Assembly (NCBI GenBank): GCA_965228475.1
Contig: OZ245817.1
Span: 3,520,001 to 3,584,000 of the forward strand
Source of the DNA: Myxococcota bacterium
GTDB taxonomy: Bacteria > Myxococcota_A > UBA9160 > JAFDDA01
Length of the DNA stretch: 64,000 nt
Direction of reading: 5' to 3'
This document shows positions 28,407 to 38,192 of the stretch, piece after piece (the first letter of the stretch is position 1; each line of letters opens with the position of its first letter). The notes under the pieces are model-generated. The model saw only the letters and a program-made list of their open reading frames with translations, was not told the origin of the DNA and made no database searches. The position numbers and the translations under genes are program-made.

Positions 28407-29312
28407 TTGTCCGGGAAACCGCTCGCGCTCTCGATCCTCGTCTCCGGCCTCGACCGGCTCTTCGGATCGGACCTCGCACGGCTCCTCGAACTCTCCCGCG
28501 CGGCCGACGCGGCCGGCATCGACCAGCTGGTCCTGCCGGACCACCTGGCGATCGGGACCAGAACGGACCGCTACCCGTATGGCCGGTTTCCCCTTCCGGT
28601 CGAGGAGCCCTGGCTGGAACCGCTCACCGCCCTCGCAGCGATCGCGGGCGCGACCGGGCGGATCCGGCTCGGCACCGGGATCCTGATCGCACCGCTTCGC
28701 CCGGCGCTCCTGCTCGCCAAGACCGCGGCCACCCTCGACGTGCTCTCGCAGGGCCGCCTCGACCTCGGGATCGGAACGGGCTGGCAGCGCGAGGAGTTCG
28801 ACGGCGCCGGGGTCCCCTTCGCCGGCCGGACCGCACGCATGGACGACACGGTCCGTGCCTGCCGCGCGCTCTGGCGCTTCACGCCGGCGAGCTTCTCTTC
28901 GGAGACGGTCTCCTTCCGCGAGCTGCGCTGCCTGCCGCGCCCCGTCCAGCCGGGCGGCCCGCCGATCTGGATCGGCGGCGCCCTCACCGAGGGCAACCTC
29001 GCGCGGCTCGTCGAGTACGGCACGGGCTGGCTCCCGATCGCAGAGAGCGACGAGGCGTGGGCCGCCGGGCGGGATCGAGCCCGCAGCGCCTTCGAGGGCG
29101 CCGGACGCAACCCCGACGACCTGGGCCTTCGCGCGCCCCTGGCCGCAAAGCTCGCGGCCGACGGAAGGATCGACCTCGATGCCACCCTCGCGGAACTGCC
29201 CCGGCTTCGGGCCCTCGGGGCGACCGCGGTCTCGATCCCCCTCGCGCGCTTCATCGCCCGGCCCGAGGAAGCGCCGGCCTTCTTCGAACGCCTCTCTCGG
29301 GCCGAGCGCTAG
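28407..29312 (+). CDS. LLM-class (probably F420-dependent) oxidoreductase
   Basis: PDHL, EPLTALAAIAGAT, LAKTAATLDVLS.GR, GTGWQREEF; start approximate. Confidence 0.9.
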   Translation: MSGKPLALSILVSGLDRLFGSDLARLLELSRAADAAGIDQLVLPDHLAIGTRTDRYPYGRFPLPVEEPWLEPLTALAAIAGATGRIRLGTGILIAPLRPALLLAKTAATLDVLSQGRLDLGIGTGWQREEFDGAGVPFAGRTARMDDTVRACRALWRFTPASFSSETVSFRELRCLPRPVQPGGPPIWIGGALTEGNLARLVEYGTGWLPIAESDEAWAAGRDRARSAFEGAGRNPDDLGLRAPLAAKLAADGRIDLDATLAELPRLRALGATAVSIPLARFIARPEEAPAFFERLSRAER

Positions 29313-29336
29313 CCCGTATACTGCGAGCCCGAACCC

Positions 29337-30668
29337 ATGCCCTCCTCCCCGACGACCCCCGCGACGACTCCGGCGACGAACGCCGCACCGCCCAGTTCCC
29401 GCTACGCCGCCTACGCGCTCGTCGTCCTGTTCGTCGTGTACGTCTTCAACTTCGTCGATCGCCAGGTGCTCTCGATCCTGATCCAGCCGATCCAGGAGGA
29501 GCTCGGCGTCTCCGACACGGCCATGGGTCTGCTCGCCGGCCCCGCCTTCGCGATCTTCTACACCCTGGCCGGCGTCCCCATCGCGCGCTGGGCGGACACG
29601 GGCTCGCGCCGCAACGTCATCGTCTTCTCGCTCTCGCTGTGGAGCCTGATGACGGCGGCTTCGGGCTTCGCCCGCAACTACGCGATGCTCGCCCTGGCCC
29701 GCATCGGCGTCGGTGCGGGGGAGGCCGGCGGCACGCCGCCTTCGCACTCGCTCCTCTCGGACTACTTCCCGCCCGAACGCCGTGCGACCGCCCTGGCGCT
29801 CTACGGCAACGGCATCTACATCGGCTCGGGCCTCGGCATCATGGCGGGCGGCCTGCTCGAGCAGTACTTCGGCGACTGGCGAAACGCCTTCTTCGCCGTC
29901 GGCCTGGCGGGTCTCCCGCTCGCCGTGCTCGTCTACTTCACGATCCGCGACGTGCCGCGCGGGGTGAACGACCCCCCGCGCAGCGTGGATGACGATCGCC
30001 CCGCGGCCGACGCGGCCGACGAGACCTTCTTCAGCGTGATGCGCTTCCTCTTCTCGAAGCGCGCCTTCGCCTGGCTGGTGACCGGCGCCTGCTTCAAGGC
30101 GATCGCGGGCTACGCCGTCCTGACCTGGGGCGCGGTCTTCCTCGGCCGCGTCCACGGCATGGACCGCGCGGAGATCGGCGCACTCTTCGGCCCGACGATC
30201 ATGATCGGCGGATGCGTCGGGGTGAGTCTCGGCGGCTGGCTCGCGGACCGCCTCGGCGCGCGGGACGCCCGCTGGTACATGCGCATGCCCGCCATCCTCT
30301 CGGTGATCGCGCTTCCCCTGGCCCTCGGCTTCGCCCTCGCGCCGGACAAGCGGACGGCGATCGCGTGCTTCGTGCCCTTCTACGCCCTGGCGAACATGTA
30401 CGTCGGGCCGCTCTGGTCGACCGCCCAGAACCTCGCCCGGCCGAGCATGCGCGCAACGGCTTCCGCGGTGCTGCTCTTCATCTTGAACATCTTCGGCCTC
30501 GGCCTCGGGCCCTTCCTGGTCGGCCTCGGCAACGACCTGCTGGCCGAGCGCTACGGCGCGCTCTCGGTCCGCTACTCCCTCGTCGCGGTGCTGCTGCTCT
30601 CGGCCGCGGCCTGCGTCCCCTTCTGGCTGGGTTCGAACCACCTGCGGAAGGAGCTCGCGGATGTCTGA
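29337..30668 (+). CDS. MFS transporter (spinster-like)
   Basis: FNFVDRQVLSIL, ARIGVGAGEAG..PPSHSLLSDYFP; ~12 TM segments. Confidence 0.93.
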   Translation: MPSSPTTPATTPATNAAPPSSRYAAYALVVLFVVYVFNFVDRQVLSILIQPIQEELGVSDTAMGLLAGPAFAIFYTLAGVPIARWADTGSRRNVIVFSLSLWSLMTAASGFARNYAMLALARIGVGAGEAGGTPPSHSLLSDYFPPERRATALALYGNGIYIGSGLGIMAGGLLEQYFGDWRNAFFAVGLAGLPLAVLVYFTIRDVPRGVNDPPRSVDDDRPAADAADETFFSVMRFLFSKRAFAWLVTGACFKAIAGYAVLTWGAVFLGRVHGMDRAEIGALFGPTIMIGGCVGVSLGGWLADRLGARDARWYMRMPAILSVIALPLALGFALAPDKRTAIACFVPFYALANMYVGPLWSTAQNLARPSMRATASAVLLFILNIFGLGLGPFLVGLGNDLLAERYGALSVRYSLVAVLLLSAAACVPFWLGSNHLRKELADV

Positions 30669-30712
30669 CCGGGTCGCCGCGAACGAGATCACGAACCTCT
30701 GACGGGAGAACC

Positions 30713-31498
30713 ATGTCCTTCGAGAACCTGCTGTATGAAGTCGATGCCGGCGTCGCGCGGATCGCGCTGAACCGCCCGAAGGCGGCCAACGCCATCGATC
30801 TCGCGACGGCGCGGGAGCTGATGGAGGCCGCGCTCGCCGCGGACGAAGATCCGGCCGTGCGCGCGGTGCTCGTCACGGGCGAGGGCAAGATGTTCTGTGC
30901 GGGGGGCGATCTCGGATCCTTCCGCAGCGTCGGCGACGGCGTCCCGGCTCTGCTGAAGGAGATCACGACCTACCTGCACGCCGCGATCTCCCGCTTCGCG
31001 CGGATGCGCGCCCCGGTCATCGCCGCGGTGGACGGCGCGGCGGCCGGGGCCGGCTTCAGCCTGGTCTGCGGCATGGACCTCGTGCTCGCTTCCCCGAACG
31101 CCCGCTTCACGATGGCCTACACCCAGGTCGGCCTCGCTCCCGACGGCAGCTCGAGCTACTGGCTCCCGCGCATCATCGGCCTGCGCCGGACGGCGGAGCT
31201 CATGCTCACGAACCGCCGGCTCTCCGCGGAGGAGGCGCAGGCGTGGGGCATCGTGAACCGGATCGTCGCCGAGAGCGTCGAGGACGAGGCACTCGCCCTC
31301 GCGAAACAGCTCGCCGCCGGCCCGACGGAATCCTTCGGCCTCGTGAAGAAGCTCCTGCTCGCGACCGGCAACAACGGGCTCGAGACCCAGATGGAGCTCG
31401 AGAGCCACGCGATCTCCGACGCCGCACGCACCGACGACGCGAAGGAAGGCATGGCCGCCTTCTTCGAGAAGCGAACGCCGACCTACCAGGGACGCTAG
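30713..31498 (+). CDS. Enoyl-CoA hydratase/isomerase
   Basis: LNRPKAANA, FCAGGDL, GAAAGAG, GLAPDG, EG..AFFEKR.P. Confidence 0.94.
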   Translation: MSFENLLYEVDAGVARIALNRPKAANAIDLATARELMEAALAADEDPAVRAVLVTGEGKMFCAGGDLGSFRSVGDGVPALLKEITTYLHAAISRFARMRAPVIAAVDGAAAGAGFSLVCGMDLVLASPNARFTMAYTQVGLAPDGSSSYWLPRIIGLRRTAELMLTNRRLSAEEAQAWGIVNRIVAESVEDEALALAKQLAAGPTESFGLVKKLLLATGNNGLETQMELESHAISDAARTDDAKEGMAAFFEKRTPTYQGR

Positions 31499-31506
31499 GA
31501 GCCGAC

Positions 31507-32304
31507 ATGTCACGACTCGAAGGCAAGATTGCGATCATCACGGGCTCCGCCCGCGGAACGGGCGAGACGACGGCCCGCCTGTTCGCCGCGGAGGGCGCGC
31601 GCGTCACCATCGCCGACGTGAACCGGGAGGGCGGCGAATCCGTCGCGCAGGACCTCGGCGACGCGGCGCTCTTCGTGGAGACCGACGTCACGTCGGAGGC
31701 GTCCTGGGCGAACTGCGTCGAGGCGACGCGGAAGCACTTCGGCGCGCCGCCGAACGTCCTGGTGAACAACGCCGCGCTCCTGCATCTGGCGGCCCTCGAA
31801 GACACTGAAGGCGCCGATCTCGAGCGACTCCTGCGGGTGAACACGATGGGCGCCTTCCACGGCATCCGCGCGGTGCTGCCGGGCATGAAGGAGACCGGCG
31901 GCGGCTCGATCGTCAACGTCTCCTCGATCGACGGGCTCGCGGCCAAGAACGGCGTCGCGGCCTACGCGACCACGAAGTGGGCCTTGCGCGGCCTCTCGAA
32001 GGTCGCGGCGGTCGAGCTCGGGAAGTACGGCGTGCGCGTGAACGTGGTCTGCCCCGAGGCGGGCAGCCCGGACATGATCGCGCCCTACCTGCCGCCGGGT
32101 ATCGACTTCGAGAAGATCGACGCGGGCGCGCACCGCATGCTCGCCTACCAGAAGGACCGCAAGAACATCGAGCGCCTGAAGGACGTCGCCCGCATGATCG
32201 CGTTCCTGGCTTCGGACGAGAGCCTCTCGTGCACCGGTGCCGACTTCGCCGTCGACAGCGGCTACACGATGGGACGGGTGCTGCCGGGCGTTCCCGGTTC
32301 CTGA
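31507..32304 (+). CDS. SDR (3alpha,20beta-HSD-like)
   Basis: TGSARGTG, NNAA, SSIDG, YATTK. Confidence 0.9.
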   Translation: MSRLEGKIAIITGSARGTGETTARLFAAEGARVTIADVNREGGESVAQDLGDAALFVETDVTSEASWANCVEATRKHFGAPPNVLVNNAALLHLAALEDTEGADLERLLRVNTMGAFHGIRAVLPGMKETGGGSIVNVSSIDGLAAKNGVAAYATTKWALRGLSKVAAVELGKYGVRVNVVCPEAGSPDMIAPYLPPGIDFEKIDAGAHRMLAYQKDRKNIERLKDVARMIAFLASDESLSCTGADFAVDSGYTMGRVLPGVPGS

Positions 32305-33506
32305 TCGGAGGCACCCGGCGTTCCAAGGCGACCCGTGCGGTCAAGGTCGTAGCGGCGTCCGCGCCACACGACGCTCCGCTGGGTGTAGACGCGCAGGAAG
32401 ACGAAGGGCGCGAGCAGCAACACGACCGCCGGGGCGATCCAGTGGCGCGGGCGCAGCGGTGAGCCGCCGACCGCCGCGTGGAGGCGGACCAGGCTCTCGG
32501 TCACCCCGCCCGCGGCGAGAAACCACGGCAGCGACACCCACACGAGCCCCGAAGCCGCGAGCCCGGCGCCGCCCAGCAGGCCGGCGAAGAACACTCCCGC
32601 ACGCCAGGCGATCGGCATCTTGAACGACCAATCGGGGAAGCCCCGGGAGAAGGTCATCCAGCGGACGAAGTTCGCGAGGAACTCGCCCGGGGCCGCGCCG
32701 AGCCAGACGATCCCCACCGGATGGGGCGTGACCCGGTTGCGGAAGCCGGCGGTCTGGAGATGCACGCCGATCTGGATGTCGTCGACGAAGTTCCCGGCGA
32801 TGTCTTCGAGTTCCCCGATGGCTCGCAGCCCCTCGCGCCGCAGCACCATCACCTGACCCAGGATGAAGGGCAGTTCGCCCCCCTGCCCGGCGGCCACCTG
32901 CCGCGCCGACGCGCCGTAGAGCCCGTTCAAGAGGATCGCCGAGGCGGCGTCGGCGAGGTTGCGCGGCGCGGGGGTCACGACGGCGGGGGCGGAAGCGCTG
33001 CCGTTCTTCGGATCCGAGAGGAGCGTCTCGACGGCGACGCGTAGGGCGTCCCCGTCGGCCCGCACGTCCGAGTCGACGAAGCCGATGCACTCGCCGCGCG
33101 CCCGGGCGAGGCCGTGGATCATCGCGTGGAGCTTGCCGGTGCGGCCCGCGGGCGGCGCGCCGCAGAACAGGACGCCGATCTCGTCCTCGCCGCCGCGCGC
33201 GCGGTATTCCGCGACGACGCGCTCGACGATGGGAAGGGCCGGTTCGTCGCGATCGTCGAAGACGAAGAGCGTCTCGACCTCACCGGGGTAGCCGTGGGCG
33301 AGCCCCGCGCGAAGGTTCGCTTCGACTTCCGCGTCGAGCCCTTTGATGGGGCGGATGATCGTGAGCGACGGGTAGCAATCGAGCGGGGCGGGCAGACTCT
33401 CGGGGCGCAGCGCCGCTGCGAGACGACGGTGGTGAAGGAGCGCCGCCGCCACGAGCAGCGACCCGAGCCCGAAGACGGCGCCGGAAGCGAGACCCGATTC
33501 GAACAC
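32262..33506 (-). CDS. Membrane glycosyltransferase, GT21/HpnI (ceramide-glucosyltransferase)-like
   Basis: IIRPIKG, TGK, DSD, DD, RW motif; N- and C-terminal TM segments. Confidence 0.85.
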   Translation of the reverse strand: MFESGLASGAVFGLGSLLVAAALLHHRRLAAALRPESLPAPLDCYPSLTIIRPIKGLDAEVEANLRAGLAHGYPGEVETLFVFDDRDEPALPIVERVVAEYRARGGEDEIGVLFCGAPPAGRTGKLHAMIHGLARARGECIGFVDSDVRADGDALRVAVETLLSDPKNGSASAPAVVTPAPRNLADAASAILLNGLYGASARQVAAGQGGELPFILGQVMVLRREGLRAIGELEDIAGNFVDDIQIGVHLQTAGFRNRVTPHPVGIVWLGAAPGEFLANFVRWMTFSRGFPDWSFKMPIAWRAGVFFAGLLGGAGLAASGLVWVSLPWFLAAGGVTESLVRLHAAVGGSPLRPRHWIAPAVVLLLAPFVFLRVYTQRSVVWRGRRYDLDRTGRLGTPGASDQEPGTPGSTRPIV

Positions 33507-33564
33507 GTGCCCCCCACTCGTTCGAGTCGCGGAACGTAGCAGCCCAAGCTACGGTTCGGCGGCC

Positions 33565-35760
33565 TTGAGCCAGCCCATCGAACGCGCGCTCGCTCGTTTC
33601 GCCGGCGCCGTCGTCGATGCGTCCCAGCGCCACGCGCGCGCCGTCGTCGTTGCGGGCCTGCTCCTCACCCTGGCCGCCGGGTTCGCCGCTTCGCACCTCG
33701 TCGCCGACAGCGACCCGGACCGCATGACCGCAGCGGACCTGCCGTTCCGCGTGACGAAACGACAAATCGAAACCGAATTTCCGATGCTTCGTGACAGTTT
33801 CGTCATCGTCGTCGAGGCGACGCGCGGCGAACACGCTCGGGAAGCGGCCGGCACACTCGCCCGGCGTCTGGCCGAGGATGGCGAGCGTTTCCGGGCCGTC
33901 GCCGCACCGACGTCGGACCCGTTCTTCGAACGAAACGCCTGGCTCTACCTGCCCGAAGCCGCCTTCGAGGCGGCGCTGCGCTCCCTCCGCGAAGGAGCCA
34001 GCCCCGAGCCACGCTCGCCGCCCGCCCGGCAGATCCTGCTCGCGCAACCCGCGCTCGACGAAGACGGCCTCGCACCGGCCCTCGATGCGATCGCGGCGGT
34101 CCGGACGGCCGCCGCGGCGCTCCCCGAACGCGACGGACTGCGCGTCCGGGTGACGGGCGACCTCGCCGTGCTGACGGAGGAGATGTCCGAGATCCGCGAT
34201 CAGGTGCTCGTCGCGTCCCTCGTCTCGGTGCTGCTCGTGACGGCAGTGCTGATCCTCACCCTGCGCTCGTTCCGGCTCTTCCTCGCCACGCTGCTGCTCC
34301 TCCTCGTCGGTCTCGTCTGGACCGCCGGCTTCGCCGCCCTGGCCGTAGGCCGGCTGAACGTGCTGACGACGGCCTTCGCGGTCCTCTACATCGGACTCGG
34401 CGTCGACTTCGGGATCCACTTCGCCCTGGGCTTTCGCGAGCGGCGAGAGCGAGGCGCGGCTCCGGACGTCGCGCTCCGCGAGGCCGGCCGTGACGTCGGG
34501 AGCTCCCTCGCCTTCTGCGCCCTCACGACGGCGACCGGTTTCTTCGCCTTCGTGCCGACGGACTACACCGCGGTCGCCGAGCTCGGCCTGATCTCGGGAA
34601 CGGGCATGTTCCTGAGCCTGCTCGCCACCTTGACCTGGTACCCGGCGACGCTCGCCCTCGGCCTCGGCCGCTCGACCCGGCTCGACCCGCGCACGGGGGC
34701 CCGGCGCGAGATCACGCTTCCGAGCTTTCCGCTGCGGCATCCCGGTGCCGTGATCGCGGCGGCCGTGCTCCTGTGCGGGGTCGGCGCGGGCTTCGCGCGC
34801 GACGTCCGGTTCGACGACAACCCGTTGAACGTGCGGGACCCTCGCGTCGAGTCCGTGGCGGCGCTCGAAGAGCTGCTGGCGGACCCCGCACTCTCTCCGT
34901 GGACGGCCGAGGCTCTCGCAAGCGGTCCGCGCGCCGCGCGTGAGCTCGCGCAGGCGCTCGAGGCACTCCCCGAGGTCGCGCACGCGCACACGGTGCACGA
35001 CCTCCTTCCGCCCGATCAGGAGCGCCGGCTCGCCCGGATCGCCTCGCTCCCCGAGGCCGTTCGCCAACAGCTCGCGCCGGGCCTTCCCAAAACTGCGCTC
35101 GCCTTCGAAGACCTGCCGGAGTCCCTGCGGAGCCGATATCTCTCCCGAAGTGGCATCGCCCGGGTCGAGATCTTCCCGAGCGAGGACCTGACCGCGCCGG
35201 GCGCCCTCGCCCGCTTCGCCGACGCCGTGCGCCGCGTCGCCCCCGACGCCTCGGGCGCCGCCGTCGGCACCGTCGAGTTCGCGCGCGCGATCACGCGCGC
35301 GCTGAAGCAGGCCCTCGCCACCGCTGTCGCGGTGATCCTCGTGCTGCTGCTCCTGCTCTGGCGAAGCCCGCGCGACGCCATGATCACCCTCGCCCCCCTG
35401 GCCTTCGGCACGCTCACGATCGTCGCCTTCGCCGGCGCGCTCGGCCTCCCCTTCAACTTCGCAAACGTGATCGTGTTGCCGTTGCTGCTCGGCATCGGCG
35501 TCGACAGCGGGATCCACCTCGTGCACCGCCACCGGCTCGCGCTCGGCGCCGACGCGAACCTGCTCGAGACGAGCACCGCACGCGCCGTGCTCTTCAGCGC
35601 GCTCACGACGGGCCTGTCCTTCGCCACGATCTGCTTCGCTTCGCACGGGGGAATCGCTTCGCTCGCGCTGCTGCTGACGGTCGGGATCGGGGTCATGCTC
35701 GCCGCGAACCTGCTGCTCCTGCCCGCGCTGGTGGCCCGCTTCGGAAAGCGGGAGCGCTAG
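33565..35760 (+). CDS. MMPL/RND-family transporter, HpnN-like (shortened)
   Basis: IGLGVDFGIH, FVPTDYTAVAELG, NPLNVRDP..ESV, FNFANVIVLPLLLGIGVDSGIH. Confidence 0.88.
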   Translation: MSQPIERALARFAGAVVDASQRHARAVVVAGLLLTLAAGFAASHLVADSDPDRMTAADLPFRVTKRQIETEFPMLRDSFVIVVEATRGEHAREAAGTLARRLAEDGERFRAVAAPTSDPFFERNAWLYLPEAAFEAALRSLREGASPEPRSPPARQILLAQPALDEDGLAPALDAIAAVRTAAAALPERDGLRVRVTGDLAVLTEEMSEIRDQVLVASLVSVLLVTAVLILTLRSFRLFLATLLLLLVGLVWTAGFAALAVGRLNVLTTAFAVLYIGLGVDFGIHFALGFRERRERGAAPDVALREAGRDVGSSLAFCALTTATGFFAFVPTDYTAVAELGLISGTGMFLSLLATLTWYPATLALGLGRSTRLDPRTGARREITLPSFPLRHPGAVIAAAVLLCGVGAGFARDVRFDDNPLNVRDPRVESVAALEELLADPALSPWTAEALASGPRAARELAQALEALPEVAHAHTVHDLLPPDQERRLARIASLPEAVRQQLAPGLPKTALAFEDLPESLRSRYLSRSGIARVEIFPSEDLTAPGALARFADAVRRVAPDASGAAVGTVEFARAITRALKQALATAVAVILVLLLLLWRSPRDAMITLAPLAFGTLTIVAFAGALGLPFNFANVIVLPLLLGIGVDSGIHLVHRHRLALGADANLLETSTARAVLFSALTTGLSFATICFASHGGIASLALLLTVGIGVMLAANLLLLPALVARFGKRER

Positions 35761-36635
35761 CCGAGAACGTCGGCGACGCGATCCACCTCTTCGGGGTCGA
35801 GCGTGGTCGGTACGAGCACGACCTCGTCGCAGCCGAGATCCTCCATCTGCCGCAGCGCCTCTCTCAGGGACGCCGCGTCCTGACAGCGCACCGTCGGCGC
35901 GATGGCCGCAGCGGCGTCCGGGCCGAGGAAGTTCAGATAGCGCCTCACGTAGGCGTCGAGCTGGCCGCGCCCGTCCGCGCCGAGCGCGAACCAGAACCCG
36001 GTACAGAGCCGCGGTGCCGGGCGCTCCGCTTCCGCCCAGGCCATCCGCGCCAGCTCGAAGGCGCCATGGGTCTCCTCGGGCGACGGGCCGAAGCTGAAGG
36101 CCTTCAGGCCGTTCGCGTAGCGCGCGGCGCGGCGAATCGACTTCGGAAAGAGCGAGCCGGCCAGGATCTCCGGGCCGCCCGCCTGGCGAGGGAGCGGCTC
36201 GACGATCCGCAGGGCGCTCTCGACGACCTTCTCTCCGCGCCAGACGCGCCGCATCGTTTCCACGCTCCGCTCGAGCCGCGCGAAGCGCGAACCATCGAAG
36301 GGAACCTCGAGCGCCGCGTAGTCCTCCTCCCGGCCGCCGACGCCCACGCCGAACACGACGCGCCCCTCCGAGAGCACGTCGAGCGTCGCGACCTGCTTGG
36401 CGAGCTCGACCGGGGCGTGGAGCGGTACGACCGAGACGTCGAACAGGATGCGCACGCGCTCGGTGAGCGCCGCGACGGTGGAAAGCAGCACCATCCCGTC
36501 CGGGTTCGGAAAGCTCACGCGCTCCCCGCTCGCGATGCAAGAGAACGGGCCGGCTTCGACCCGCTCGGCCCAGGCGTGGACGTGCTCCCGATCGAGCCCC
36601 GGCACCATCACGGGCAGGTTCATGCCGACGTTCAT
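35757..36635 (-). CDS. LLM-class flavin-dependent oxidoreductase
   Basis: GERVSFPNPD, LAKQVATLDVLSEGR, GVGGREEDY. Confidence 0.9.
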   Translation of the reverse strand: MNVGMNLPVMVPGLDREHVHAWAERVEAGPFSCIASGERVSFPNPDGMVLLSTVAALTERVRILFDVSVVPLHAPVELAKQVATLDVLSEGRVVFGVGVGGREEDYAALEVPFDGSRFARLERSVETMRRVWRGEKVVESALRIVEPLPRQAGGPEILAGSLFPKSIRRAARYANGLKAFSFGPSPEETHGAFELARMAWAEAERPAPRLCTGFWFALGADGRGQLDAYVRRYLNFLGPDAAAAIAPTVRCQDAASLREALRQMEDLGCDEVVLVPTTLDPEEVDRVADVLG

Positions 36636-36655
36636 GGCGGGGGGAGTCTACCCCC

Positions 36656-37396
36656 TCATCGCGTCGGCTGCGCGTCGCTGGAAGGCTCCGAGCCGGGCCG
36701 CTCGGCCTCGTAGAGGCTCACGAGCCGGGCGACCAGAACCGCGACGTAGAGGACGCCGACCACGGATTCGAGAATCTCGAGGGAGCGTGCAGGGCCGCTC
36801 TCCGGTGTGACGTCGCCGTACCCGAGCGTCGTCAGGGTCACGAAGCTCGCGTAGAGCAGGTCGGCCCAGGGCGGCGTCTTGCCCTGCCCCTCCGGGATCG
36901 CGAAAGAACCGGGCGAGACGGTCTCGAGCCAGGCGAAGCAGGCCGCAAAGGCCATGCCGAGCAGCAAGTAGACGCAGGCGGCGCCCGCCAGCGTATCGAC
37001 CCCGACGCGCCTGGCACCGAAGACCTCTCGGAAGACGAGGGCCGTGATCCACAGATGGAACGCGGCCTCGAACGCGAGGGACGCTGCCTCGAGGTTCCGC
37101 GAGGCCCGCACGACGTTCGCCGCGTCGGTTCCGGCCGCCGCGATGGCAAGCGCGCAGGCCAGACCGAAGGCGGCGCCGTTCGCGCCCGCCGCCAGAACGC
37201 CAGCGACCAGGACGAGAGCCGAGATGCCATGGAGGAGGACCGCGTCGGCGAGGTCGTGGCTGGCGTACGGATAGGCCAGCAGCAACCCGACCAGGCTCGC
37301 GAGCAGCAGGCGGAAGCGCCACCCCTCGGACGGGCTCGGGAGGGGCCCCGAGGCCGGGCGCACCCTTGCCCGGGTCGGCGGTTGGACGGCATGCAT
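36656..37396 (-). CDS. Potassium channel family protein
   Basis: Selectivity filter TLTTLGYGD, multiple TM segments, AGGAGG RBS. Confidence 0.9.
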   Translation of the reverse strand: MHAVQPPTRARVRPASGPLPSPSEGWRFRLLLASLVGLLLAYPYASHDLADAVLLHGISALVLVAGVLAAGANGAAFGLACALAIAAAGTDAANVVRASRNLEAASLAFEAAFHLWITALVFREVFGARRVGVDTLAGAACVYLLLGMAFAACFAWLETVSPGSFAIPEGQGKTPPWADLLYASFVTLTTLGYGDVTPESGPARSLEILESVVGVLYVAVLVARLVSLYEAERPGSEPSSDAQPTR

Positions 37397-37418
37397 CGGC
37401 GTCTCCTCCTCTCCCAGG

Positions 37419-37448
37419 AAACGCCCCTTTCGGCCCGAAACCCCGCAA
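37419..37448 (-). promoter_or_regulatory. Putative ECF promoter TTGCGGG-N17-GCGTTT (K+ channel gene)
   Basis: Minus strand TTGCGGG GTTTCGGGCCGAAAGGG GCGTTT, 22 nt before ATG; one of four copies with identical spacing. Confidence 0.8.
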
Positions 37449-37512
37449 CGTTCTCGGAGTTCCGCGGGTTTCGCGTGCTCGGCTGGAGGGAACGCGGGCC
37501 CCCCCTGGTTTT

Positions 37513-37542
37513 TTGCGGGTTTTCGAAGCTCCCGCTGCGTTT
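37513..37542 (+). promoter_or_regulatory. Putative ECF promoter TTGCGGG-N17-GCGTTT (pqiA-pqiA-MCE operon)
   Basis: TTGCGGG TTTTCGAAGCTCCCGCT GCGTTT, 17 nt before ATG, followed by AGGAGG. Confidence 0.8.
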
Positions 37543-37559
37543 ATTCCCAGGAGGCCCCC

Positions 37560-38192
37560 ATGGTCCCTGGCCGAGACCCGAAATCCCTGGCTCGCGGAGC
37601 CGTCGCCTGCCACGCATGCGACTGGCTCCAGGAGCGAGTCGAGCTCTCCTCCGGCGAGCGGGCGCGCTGCGCCCGATGTGGGACCGAACTCTTCCGAAGC
37701 CACCGGGAAGGCTTCGACCGGCCGATCGCGCTGACCGTGGCGGCGGCCGTCTGCTTCGGTCTCGCCAACACCTTTCCACTCCTCGCCCTTTCCCTCGAGG
37801 GCCGCGTGCAGCACAGCACCATCCTCGACGGCGTGCTCGACCTCGCGGCGGACGGGCTCTGGATCGTCGCCGGCTTCGTCTTCCTGGTGACGATGGCGGT
37901 GCCGTTCCTGCAGATCGCCGGTCGATTCTACCTGCTCCTCCCCCTGTCGCGCGGCAGGCGAGCCCCTGGATTCCACCGAAGCCTGCGAAGCCTCTCGTGG
38001 CTCGGGCCGTGGGGGATGCTCGAGGTCTACCTGCTCGGCGTGATCGTGGCGATCGTCAAGCTCTCGGATCTGGCTCAGGTCGAGATCGGCGTCGCTTTCT
38101 ACGCCTTCCTGGCCCTGATCGTGCTCGAGATCGCCGCCGCCGCGAGCCTCGACCCTCATGCGATCTTCGAAGCCGCGGAGACCGCGCAATGA
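37560..38192 (+). CDS. pqiA: PqiA/LetA-family membrane protein, N-terminal half
   Basis: ACHACD..CARCG zinc ribbon; PWGMLEVYLLG..VAIVKL. Confidence 0.92.
   Translation: MVPGRDPKSLARGAVACHACDWLQERVELSSGERARCARCGTELFRSHREGFDRPIALTVAAAVCFGLANTFPLLALSLEGRVQHSTILDGVLDLAADGLWIVAGFVFLVTMAVPFLQIAGRFYLLLPLSRGRRAPGFHRSLRSLSWLGPWGMLEVYLLGVIVAIVKLSDLAQVEIGVAFYAFLALIVLEIAAAASLDPHAIFEAAETAQ

Noticed and set aside
32262..32304. Convergent 3' overlaps (also 10506-10528 and 22372-22397) as antisense regulation
   Set aside because: Short tail overlaps are common in GC-rich genomes with few stop codons; no further support.
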